This document shows positions 27,010-35,145 of a stretch of 53,526 nucleotides of DNA, one piece after another. A program made the position numbers and the translations under genes. Each line of letters opens with the position of its first letter. Positions within the stretch are counted from its first letter, which is position 1. The notes under the pieces were generated by a model, which saw nothing but the letters and a program-made list of their open reading frames with translations, was not told the DNA's origin and made no database searches. Source of the stretch: an uncultured Dehalococcoidales bacterium (GTDB taxonomy: Bacteria > Chloroflexota > Dehalococcoidia > GIF9 > AB-539-J10); assembly GCA_964561465.1 (NCBI GenBank), contig CAZLPP010000004.1, forward strand, positions 1-53,526, read 5' to 3'.

Positions 27010-28143
27010 ATGGCGCAGCAGGACGGTGCAGAGAAGCTGGGTGCGTTGACACGGCCGCACAGGGGCATGATCAACATCATGCCTCTGCAGACAGGCAGCA
27101 TACTGACTGAAGCTGCTCGCCGCGCCGTAGCGGAGTTTGCCGACGGCTATTCGGTGTGCGACTTCTGCCAGGGCCGGTTGAGCGAGATCGTCAACCCTCC
27201 GGTGAAGCAGTTCGTGCAGGAGCTGCTGCCCGAGTTCCTCGGCGCCGACGCTGCAACGTTGACGTACGGCGCCAGGGACGGCGTGTTCATGGTGCTGCAT
27301 TCCGTGGCGAAGCCGGGAGACCCCGTGGTCGTCGACGGGAACCGGCACTACAGCACGGCGGTCGCCGCGGAGCGCGCAGGTGTAGAGCTGGTCGAGGTGC
27401 CGGCCTCCGATGCTCCCGAGTACCGCATCGACGTGGAGGCGTTTGCCCAGCCGATGCGCGAACGTCATCCGGCGCTGGTCATCCTGACTTACCCGGACGG
27501 CAGGTTCGGCAACCTGCCGGACGCGGCGCGTCTCGGCGAGATAGCAGCGGAGCTGGGCATCCCCTACCTCGTCAATGGCGCCTACGCCGTCGGCCGCATG
27601 CCGGTGAAGATGAGCGACCTCAAGGCTGACTTCCTCGTGGGCAGCGGCCACAAGAGCATGGCCTCCGCCGGTCCTTCGGGAGTGCTCGGCATGAAGGCGA
27701 AGTGGCGCGACGTAGTCCTGCGGCCTTCGGCGCGGCATAAGAACAAGGAAGTGGAATGCCTTGGCTGCACCATCCGCGGTGTGACGCTGGCAACGCTCAT
27801 GGCGTCGTTTCCGGAAGTGCGCGAGCGTGTGAACCACTGGGATGAGCAGGTGGCGAAAGCGCAGTGGTTCTCCTCCGCGATGGAAGGACTCGGATTCGTG
27901 CAGCTCGGCGAGAAGCCCCACCGGCACGACCTGATGCGTTTCGAATGCACGAAGCTGTACGAGATCTCGCAGCGTGTGCGCGAACGCGGGTACTATCTGT
28001 ACAAGGCGTTTGAAGAGCGGGGCATCTGGGGCATCAAGCCCGGCCAGACGAAGACGCTCGAGCTTTCGACGTATGCGGCCACGCGGGAGCAACTCGAGAA
28101 AGTGATTGCCGCGTTCAGCGATATCCTGTCGCAGTACCGCTAG
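27010..28143 (+). CDS. pscS: O-phospho-L-seryl-tRNA:Cys-tRNA synthase (SepCysS)
   Basis: INIMPLQTG, DGYSVCDFC, GARDG, HYST, PDGRFGN, SGHKSM (PLP Lys), ECLGCT, GIKPGQT, LSTY. Confidence 0.95.
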   Translation: MAQQDGAEKLGALTRPHRGMINIMPLQTGSILTEAARRAVAEFADGYSVCDFCQGRLSEIVNPPVKQFVQELLPEFLGADAATLTYGARDGVFMVLHSVAKPGDPVVVDGNRHYSTAVAAERAGVELVEVPASDAPEYRIDVEAFAQPMRERHPALVILTYPDGRFGNLPDAARLGEIAAELGIPYLVNGAYAVGRMPVKMSDLKADFLVGSGHKSMASAGPSGVLGMKAKWRDVVLRPSARHKNKEVECLGCTIRGVTLATLMASFPEVRERVNHWDEQVAKAQWFSSAMEGLGFVQLGEKPHRHDLMRFECTKLYEISQRVRERGYYLYKAFEERGIWGIKPGQTKTLELSTYAATREQLEKVIAAFSDILSQYR

Positions 28144-28152
28144 TTCGCGGCG

Positions 28153-28803
28153 TCAGGCGAGGTCGGGCAATTCCATCGGGCGGGCGAGGCAGTTGTTCTT
28201 GAGCGTCTCGGCCTTGAGCTGCCTGAAGCGCTCGCGGAACTCGGGAGAGCGCAGGTCCTCGATTGTCATCAGCACCGCGTCTTCCTGGTTGTCGGAGTAG
28301 TAGTGCGGGCGTCTGCCTACCACCTCGAAGCCGTGCTTCCGGTACATGGCCTGGGCGCCGAGGTTCCTCTCTCTCACTTCGAGCGTGAGGAGACGCGCCT
28401 GCAGCTTGATGGCCATGTCGATGACCGAGAGCAGCAGCCCCTGTCCGATGCCCTGTCCCCTGTGCGGCTCCCTGACCGCGATGGCGATGATGTGGGCCTC
28501 GTCCAGCATCATCCAGAACCCCGCGAAGCCAACCAGCAACTCCTCGCCGGTGCTGGCCGGAGAGGGACGCAGCGGATTGTGCCGCAGCACGCGTGTCAAC
28601 CAGGACTCCCGCAGCGCCCGGGAACGCCTCGGGGAGGGGATGCACGCGACGACGTAGTGAGCCATGGAGTTGTGCATCTCGCGGGCGTAGCTGGAGTAGG
28701 GACGAAAGAGAGACTCGGCCGGGAAGGATTCGTGGTCGATGGCGTAGACCTGGGGGATATCGGCCTCCGACATGGGTCGAAACAGGCAGGTGACCTGTGC
28801 CAT
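28153..28803 (-). CDS. rimI: ribosomal protein S18 alanine N-acetyltransferase
   Basis: DEAHIIAIAV, RGQGIG, LEVRERN, RRPHYYSDNQEDA; carries a roughly 30-aa insertion. Confidence 0.92.
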   Translation of the reverse strand: MAQVTCLFRPMSEADIPQVYAIDHESFPAESLFRPYSSYAREMHNSMAHYVVACIPSPRRSRALRESWLTRVLRHNPLRPSPASTGEELLVGFAGFWMMLDEAHIIAIAVREPHRGQGIGQGLLLSVIDMAIKLQARLLTLEVRERNLGAQAMYRKHGFEVVGRRPHYYSDNQEDAVLMTIEDLRSPEFRERFRQLKAETLKNNCLARPMELPDLA

Positions 28804-28879
28804 CCTGCGCGATTGTAGCACGCGTCCAACCGCTGCGGGTGGTTGCGCCGGGGCGGGTCTGCTGCGATAATCGTTGACC

Positions 28880-29815
28880 GTGAGACAGTCGGTGGACCTG
28901 TCAGTTCAGCTTGCGCCCCGGAATCCCCGGGGACTTCGTCTGCGGAATCCCGTCATGCCCGCGTCGGGGACGTTCGGCTACGGGACGGAGTATTCCGAGC
29001 TGGTTGATGTCTCCGGACTGGGTGCGATAGTGACCAAGGGGGTCACGCTGACGCCGTGGGACGGCAATCCTCAGCCACGACTGTGGGAGACCGCCTCGGG
29101 CGTGCTGAACTCGATCGGGCTCGAGAACATCGGTGTGGAGACGGTGGTTCGGGAGAAGGCGCCGATGTGGGCGCAATGGCCGGTGCCGGTCGTCGTCAAC
29201 GTCGCCGGCCACTCGGTGGATGAGTATGTGCAAGTTGCCCGAAGACTGGACCGAGTAGCAGGTGTCGCGGCGCTCGAAGTGAACATCAGCTGTCCGAACG
29301 TTTCCGAGGGCGGCATCGAGTTCGGCGTCAATCCGCAGGCCGCCGCCTCGCTTACTCATGCCGTGCGCGATGTCACGCGCCTCCCGCTGATAGTCAAGCT
29401 GAGCCCGAATGTGACCGACATCGCGGCAATCGCGTCGGCTGTCGCCGGGGCGGGAGCTGATGCCGTCACGGTCATCAACACGCTGCGCGGCACGGCCATC
29501 GATATCGAGCGCCGCTGCTTCCGCCTGGGTCGGCCTTCCGGCGGGCTTTCGGGTCCCGCCATCAAGCCGGTCGCTCTGCATATGGTGGCTGCCGTGGCGA
29601 GGGCGGTCGACGTGCCGGTCATCGGCTGTGGCGGCATCTCCACGGGTGAAGATGCCATCGAGTTCATCATGGCGGGCGCGGTTGCGGTCCAGGTGGGGAC
29701 GGCCACGTTCACCGATGCCCGTGCCATGCTGGATGTCGTCGACGGCATCCGCGAGTTCATGCAGAGCCACGGCATCCGTGACCTGGCGAGCATCCGCGGC
29801 ATGGTGCGGTCGTAG
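28880..29815 (+). CDS. pyrD: dihydroorotate dehydrogenase family 1, catalytic subunit
   Basis: ASGTFGYG, GNPQPR, NSIGLEN, NISCPN, KLSPN, GGLSGPAIKP, VQVGTA. Confidence 0.96.
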   Translation: MRQSVDLSVQLAPRNPRGLRLRNPVMPASGTFGYGTEYSELVDVSGLGAIVTKGVTLTPWDGNPQPRLWETASGVLNSIGLENIGVETVVREKAPMWAQWPVPVVVNVAGHSVDEYVQVARRLDRVAGVAALEVNISCPNVSEGGIEFGVNPQAAASLTHAVRDVTRLPLIVKLSPNVTDIAAIASAVAGAGADAVTVINTLRGTAIDIERRCFRLGRPSGGLSGPAIKPVALHMVAAVARAVDVPVIGCGGISTGEDAIEFIMAGAVAVQVGTATFTDARAMLDVVDGIREFMQSHGIRDLASIRGMVRS

Positions 29816-29845
29816 CAATCTGATGCGCCCTGCCGGCGCGTGAAG

Positions 29846-29877
29846 CAGGGGTGGACGGGTCCACCCGTCCACCCCTG
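29846..29877. repeat. perfect 15-bp inverted repeat between convergent genes
   Basis: CAGGGGTGGACGGGT-cc-ACCCGTCCACCCCTG. Confidence 0.85.
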
Positions 29878-29902
29878 TCCGTGAGTCTGTGTTGAGTCGC
29901 GA

Positions 29903-30667
29903 CTACTTCTTCTCTTCCCGCTGCGTGAAGGCCTTCAACAGGTCGATCGGAAGCGGGAACAGTATCGTGTTCGTCTTCTCCGTGGCGATGGCGGTCATGG
30001 CCTGCAGATAGCGAAGATGCAGCGCTGCCGGGTCGGAGCTGATGAGCTTCGCGGCCTCGGCTAGCTTCGCGGCTGCCTGGAACTCGCCTTCTGCGTGGAC
30101 CACCTTGGCGCGCCGGTCACGCTCGGCCTCGGCCTGCGCGGCCATGGACCGCTGCATGGATTCCGGCAGGACGACGTCCTTGACCTCGACGAGGCTGACC
30201 TTGACTCCCCACGGATTGGTTCCCTCATCCACCACGTTCTGGAGCTTCTCGTTGAGGCGCTCGCGACGAGCGAGCAACTCATCGAGTTCCGACTGCCCGA
30301 CCACGTTCCTGAGGGTCGTCTGAGCAAGCAGTGACGTGGCCCTGCCGTAGTCAAGCACCTTGAGGATGGCGTCCGCCGGCTCGACAACCCGGAAGTACAC
30401 GACCGCATCCACCCTGACCGTCACGTTGTCCAGTGTGATGCACTCCTGCTGCGGGACGTCCATGGTGACCACGCGCAGGTCTACCTTGCGGGCGCGCTCG
30501 ATGAAGGGGATGATGAGCACCAGGCCCGGCCCCCTTAGCCCCACGAATCTTCCGAGCCGGAAGATGCCGGCCCGCTCGTATTCCTGGACTATCTTGATTG
30601 CCGAGGAGAGCACCATCAGGACGATGAGTGCGACGAACAGGTACAGTATCCACCCGAGATCAAACAT
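29903..30667 (-). CDS. SPFH / stomatin-like (slipin) protein
   Basis: EYERAGIFRLGR, VDLRVVTMDVPQQ, AQTTLR, QAEAER, LRYLQ. Confidence 0.95.
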   Translation of the reverse strand: MFDLGWILYLFVALIVLMVLSSAIKIVQEYERAGIFRLGRFVGLRGPGLVLIIPFIERARKVDLRVVTMDVPQQECITLDNVTVRVDAVVYFRVVEPADAILKVLDYGRATSLLAQTTLRNVVGQSELDELLARRERLNEKLQNVVDEGTNPWGVKVSLVEVKDVVLPESMQRSMAAQAEAERDRRAKVVHAEGEFQAAAKLAEAAKLISSDPAALHLRYLQAMTAIATEKTNTILFPLPIDLLKAFTQREEKK

Positions 30668-30974
30668 CCTTGTCCTCCTTTGTTCGCACCTTCAGTGTGA
30701 GTCCGTCCACGGCGGTTACCAGCACCTTGCGTCCCACGTCGACACGTGGGGCGGATGAAACAGCATGCCATAGCTCGCCGTCCACAAGCACGGTGCCTTC
30801 CGGTGTGAGCGGTGTCCGAGTGATGCCTGTCTGGCCCACGAGCGTCTCTGCTCCCGCCGACAGCCTGCGCCGCTGGCTGCGGACGACGGCAATAATGGAG
30901 ACCACGAGGAGGCAGGCCGCCGGCACCAGAAGGGCGACGAGCGGACCAGAGTAGATATCGGTATTCACCAGCAT
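30660..30974 (-). CDS. short NfeD-like protein (one TM + C-terminal OB fold)
   Basis: From ATG 30974: TM then GAETLVG, LTPEGTVLVDGELWHA, VTAVDGLTLKV. Confidence 0.85.
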   Translation of the reverse strand: MLVNTDIYSGPLVALLVPAACLLVVSIIAVVRSQRRRLSAGAETLVGQTGITRTPLTPEGTVLVDGELWHAVSSAPRVDVGRKVLVTAVDGLTLKVRTKEDKDV

Positions 30975-30984
30975 CCTTGACTCC

Positions 30985-32292
30985 TCATGCGGATCCCCGC
31001 TTGCGAACGTGCAACTGCATTCTGTCGACGGCCAGTATCGTGACCTCTTCGCCCTGCGAGACCGGCCCGCCCTCGGCGATTGCCGTCCACAACTCTCCTT
31101 CGGCCAGCACGGTGCCGCGCGGCGTGAGAGGAGTCCTGGCGACGGCGATCGAGCCGACCATGCCTTCGGCGCCGGTGGCCTTGCGCCGGCGCTGGCCTCG
31201 TATGATTGCGCCAAGTATGAAGATCGAGAAGGCAGTCGCGCCTGCGGCGACCGCCACGATGAGGCCCCTGTCTACGTGGATGCCAGGGCTCTTGCTGAAG
31301 AGCACGATGGAACCGAGCACAAGCGCGGCCACGCCTCCGGCCGTGAGAGCGCCGAACGACGTAGTGAAGTACTCGGCCACGAATAGCCCTATGGCAAGCA
31401 GCATCAGCGCCACGCCGCCCCAGTACGCGTTCAGCACTCCCAGTGCATAGAAGGCGAGGATGAGGCAGATGCCGCCGACTACACCTGGGAAGATGAGCCC
31501 GGGGCTCGATATCTCCGTTACGAGACCTATCGTCGCCAGCGTGAACAGGATATACGCTATGTTGGGGTCACTCAACACGTGCAGGAACCGCTCGAACCTC
31601 GTCATGTCAGCCGGCTCCTGGGCGGCGCCCGACGTGCTGAGGGTCACGATCTCGCCGCTGGCGAGTTCAACCTGGCCGCCATCGATGCTGTCAAGCAGTT
31701 CACTCAACGACGATGCTCGAATGTCGATGAGTCCGGCCTCCAGAGCCTCGACATCGGTGAAGGACTTGCTCTCAGTGACGGCGAGGGCCGCCTGTTCGAT
31801 GTTGCGATGCCGGTCCTCGGCTATGGTGCGCATCCACCGTTCGGAGAACCGCGTGATCTTCTCCATCTGGTCCTCGGGTATCTCCTCTCCTGTCCCCGAG
31901 ACCGGATGCGCCGCCCCGATGGTCGTACCCGGCGTCATGGCGGCGACGTGCGACGCGAGGGTGATGAACGTCCCCGCGGATGCCGCCCAGGCGCCTTTCG
32001 GGCTCACGTATGTGATGACGGGGACATCTGCGTTCATGATGGATGACACGATGTCCTCGGTTGCCGTGAGCAGCCCGCCGGGCGTGTTGAGGCGGATGAC
32101 GCAGGCTTCGGCGCCGGTCTCCTCCGCCAGGGCGATGCCGCGCTCGATGTACTGCGCAACCACCGGGACAATGGTGCCTTCAACGTCCAGCACGACCACG
32201 CGGTCGTTGCTGTCCGCGGCCGCACTGCCCGCCAGTGAAGCCAGAGCGCAGCCGCTGAGCACCAGACAGAGGAGAATCCGCACCGTGCGCAC
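30985..32292 (-). CDS. nfeD: long NfeD membrane-bound serine protease (stomatin operon partner)
   Basis: Signal peptide, NTPGG, AASAG, GAAHPV, EK catalytic-Lys region, TM bundle, C-terminal GELW; GTG 32292 after GGAGG. Confidence 0.92.
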   Translation of the reverse strand: MRTVRILLCLVLSGCALASLAGSAAADSNDRVVVLDVEGTIVPVVAQYIERGIALAEETGAEACVIRLNTPGGLLTATEDIVSSIMNADVPVITYVSPKGAWAASAGTFITLASHVAAMTPGTTIGAAHPVSGTGEEIPEDQMEKITRFSERWMRTIAEDRHRNIEQAALAVTESKSFTDVEALEAGLIDIRASSLSELLDSIDGGQVELASGEIVTLSTSGAAQEPADMTRFERFLHVLSDPNIAYILFTLATIGLVTEISSPGLIFPGVVGGICLILAFYALGVLNAYWGGVALMLLAIGLFVAEYFTTSFGALTAGGVAALVLGSIVLFSKSPGIHVDRGLIVAVAAGATAFSIFILGAIIRGQRRRKATGAEGMVGSIAVARTPLTPRGTVLAEGELWTAIAEGGPVSQGEEVTILAVDRMQLHVRKRGSA

Positions 32293-32427
32293 GCTCGCCT
32301 CCCTCCAGACACCAGTATAGTGGAATGAAGCTGCCGGGACAAAGGCGCTTGACGGCGCCGGTTGCTGCCTCGCCACGTCGCATTGAAGCGGACAGCAGCA
32401 TTCCTGTAGAATGACCGCGTTCCAACG

Positions 32428-33693
32428 ATGGATACGCAATCTGAGCCGCAGCTTCTCCACGGCAAGTGCCGGGGCATGCGTGACATGCTGCCCGGCGACA
32501 TGTTGCGCTTCCGCCGGGTCGAGGACGCCTTCGTCGATGCCTGCCGTGCGTACGGATACGAAGAGGTGAAGCCTCCGACCATCGAGTACCTTCAACTGTT
32601 CACCGCACTCGGAACACTGACCCCGGCGATGGTGGGGCGGGTCTACTCGTTCCTGGACTGGGATGGATGGAGCGGTGAACGCGTAGTGCTGCGTCCGGAT
32701 AGCACGATCCCGGTAGCGAGACTCTACGTCGAGAACCTTGCGCCGCGGTCGCCGGTGCGGCTCTTCTACGTGACCAACAGCTTCGTGTTCGAAGAGACGG
32801 GACGGAAGAACAGGGAGCGCTGGCAGTGTGGCGCGGAGTTCATCGGTGGAGCTCCCGTCGTCGCGGACGTGGAGATCGTGCTGCTTGCCTCCGACGTCAT
32901 CGCCCGTCTGGGTCTCGAGGACGTGCGGTTTCAGGTGTGCCACGCCGGCCTGCTCAAGGCGTTGATCGACGAGCTTGACTTGAGTGCTCAGGATAAGGAG
33001 CATCTTGTCGAGAGCGTTCTCGAAGGTGACTGGAGGGGCCTCGAGGCGGCGGTTGCGGGCGTGGCCGATCGCAAGCGTTACCTGCCTCCGCTGCTTTCGC
33101 TGAAGGGCGTCTCGTCCGGATATCTGCAGAACGTGCGGGCATTGTCGGCGGGCGCGGGCCCGGAGTTCCGCAGGGCGCTCGACCAGTTCATCGAAGTGTC
33201 GTCGCTGCTCGATGAGCTGGAATGCAGCTACGAAATTGACATAACCGCCGTGCGCAGCTTCGAGTACTACACAGGCATCTGCTTCCGGCTCGTGTCGAGC
33301 GCGGGGGAGAAGGTAGGGGGCGGCGGCAGGTATGACGACCTCATCCCGCTGATGGGCGGCCCGAACATCCCTGCCTGCGGTTTCGCGCTCTACGTCGACC
33401 AGATGATGCTGCTGCTTGACGGCCGCGATGGCGGCACAGCCCGGGCCGCGGTCGTCTGTGATGACTCGTCGGCGGGCGCTGTCCGGCGCACCCTCGAGGT
33501 GGCGCGCGCCGTCCGTGCGGCGGGAGGCGTGGCAAGCGTGGGCATCAAGCGCGGTCCTGAGTTCACCGGGCGGTTCCGCTGGGTCCTTCGTGTTGCCTCG
33601 GAGACCGCGGAGACTGTCGAGTTGACGGACTCCGAGACCAGGGAGCAGGTCACGTGTTCCATCGCGGAAGCGGTGGAGCGACTCGTGTCCTAG
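32428..33693 (+). CDS. hisZ: ATP phosphoribosyltransferase regulatory subunit (HisRS paralogue)
   Basis: GMRDMLP, LRPDST, QCGAE, EYYTG, GGGRYD; lacks the HisRS motif-2 RxERPQ; first gene of the his operon. Confidence 0.8.
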   Translation: MDTQSEPQLLHGKCRGMRDMLPGDMLRFRRVEDAFVDACRAYGYEEVKPPTIEYLQLFTALGTLTPAMVGRVYSFLDWDGWSGERVVLRPDSTIPVARLYVENLAPRSPVRLFYVTNSFVFEETGRKNRERWQCGAEFIGGAPVVADVEIVLLASDVIARLGLEDVRFQVCHAGLLKALIDELDLSAQDKEHLVESVLEGDWRGLEAAVAGVADRKRYLPPLLSLKGVSSGYLQNVRALSAGAGPEFRRALDQFIEVSSLLDELECSYEIDITAVRSFEYYTGICFRLVSSAGEKVGGGGRYDDLIPLMGGPNIPACGFALYVDQMMLLLDGRDGGTARAAVVCDDSSAGAVRRTLEVARAVRAAGGVASVGIKRGPEFTGRFRWVLRVASETAETVELTDSETREQVTCSIAEAVERLVS

Positions 33694-33702
33694 TATTCTA
33701 TC

Positions 33703-35145
33703 GTGCAAGCCATCGGTCCTGACGGCATCCGTTTCGCCCTCCCCAAGGGAAGGTTCCTCTCCTCCGCCTCCGAACTGCTCGACGCGGCAGGAGTGTCGTT
33801 TGAGGACTACAGCTCGAAGACTCGGCAGTACCGCCTTCTTTCCTCCCGGTTCGAGTCGCTGTCCGCGAAGATCCTGCAGGAGAAGGACATCTCCGTGCAT
33901 GTCTCGGTGGGCAACTACGACCTCGGTATCTGCGGTCGGGACTGGGTGAGGGAGATGAAGGCGAGGTACCCGGCCGCCGCACTCGTCGAGGTTGGATCTC
34001 TCCCGCTGAGGGAGGGAGCGGTCTATCTTGCGACAAGCGCCTACTCGGACCTGACCTGTCTCGAAGAGGTGAAGCGGTCGAACCGAACCCTGCATCTGGT
34101 CTCCGAGTATCCCGGCGTTGCCACGCTCCTGGCGGCCGAGCTTCGCCTCAAGAGGTTCCGCGTGTTTCCCGTCTGGGGAGCTGCCGGCGCGTATCCGCCG
34201 GAGAGCGCCGACCTTGTGGTGATGTGGGCCGGAGATGAGCGGGACCTCGTATCTCAAGGTCTCCGTCCGCTGAAGAAGCTGTTCGAGGTCGACGCGATGC
34301 TGGTGGCCAACTCCGGCTCTCTCTCTGCCAGGGACATGAGTGAGGTGCTGGCATGCTTCAGCGGGAGACTGGAAGTTGCCCGCAACGCCGGGGATGTCCC
34401 GGTTGCTGACGGTGGCGGACTGTCCCAGAGCGGGCTGCTCACTGCGTGGCAGTCACGCGAGATACGTCTCGCCCTGCCGGACGGCCATCAGAAGACGCCC
34501 GCCGTTGAGTTGCTTGAACGGGCCGGCCTGGACGTGCCCGGCTACGCCGGCAAGACCTCCGAGAGGCGCCTGCTGCCCGGTATCGACTGGCTCGCCGTGA
34601 AGGTCATCCGCCCGCAGGACATGCCACTTCAGGTAGCGAGCGGGCATTTCGACCTCGCGGTCACGGGCCAGGACTGGCTGCGTGAGCACCTGTGTGCGTT
34701 TCCTTCGAGCCCGGTCGTGGAGTTGCTCGACCTCGGTTTCGGCAAGGTTCGGGTGGTTGCCGCACTGAGTGAGGACGTGCCCGTCAGCACGACCGAGGAG
34801 CTGAGCCGGTTCGTCGCCCGCGGCGGCTTCCGCCCGTTGCGAGTCGCCTCCGAGTACACCAACATCGCGGACAGGTATCTTCGCGATAACCACATCGGCG
34901 CGTACAAGGTCATGCCGACCTGGGGCGCGAGCGAGGCGTTCCTGCCCGACGACGCGGATCTCCTTGTCGACAACACTCAGACCGGAAAGACGCTTGTCGA
35001 GAACCGGTTGAAGATCATCGAGGTGATTCTGCGATCGAGCGCATGCCTCATCGCAAATGCGGAGAGCCTCAGGGCGCCGTCGAAGAAGGCGAAGATCGAC
35101 GAGCTTCGCGCGATGCTGGCGGGGGCGGTGAATGAGACGGGTTGA
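33703..35145 (+). CDS. hisG: ATP phosphoribosyltransferase made of two tandem short-form HisG units
   Basis: Unit 1 ALPKGR...DLGICGRDWVRE...SEYP; unit 2 ALPDGH...RPQDMP...DLAVTGQDWLRE...DNTQTGKTL. Confidence 0.9.
   Translation: MQAIGPDGIRFALPKGRFLSSASELLDAAGVSFEDYSSKTRQYRLLSSRFESLSAKILQEKDISVHVSVGNYDLGICGRDWVREMKARYPAAALVEVGSLPLREGAVYLATSAYSDLTCLEEVKRSNRTLHLVSEYPGVATLLAAELRLKRFRVFPVWGAAGAYPPESADLVVMWAGDERDLVSQGLRPLKKLFEVDAMLVANSGSLSARDMSEVLACFSGRLEVARNAGDVPVADGGGLSQSGLLTAWQSREIRLALPDGHQKTPAVELLERAGLDVPGYAGKTSERRLLPGIDWLAVKVIRPQDMPLQVASGHFDLAVTGQDWLREHLCAFPSSPVVELLDLGFGKVRVVAALSEDVPVSTTEELSRFVARGGFRPLRVASEYTNIADRYLRDNHIGAYKVMPTWGASEAFLPDDADLLVDNTQTGKTLVENRLKIIEVILRSSACLIANAESLRAPSKKAKIDELRAMLAGAVNETG

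Noticed and set aside
32428-33693. Possible histidyl-tRNA synthetase (hisS)
   Set aside because: Motif-2 RxERPQ is missing and the gene heads a his operon with short-form HisG units, so HisZ is more likely
30985-34257. 1090-aa minus-strand ORF
   Set aside because: Only 30985-32292 is NfeD; the upstream part is an antisense shadow of hisZ/hisG, common in GC-rich DNA
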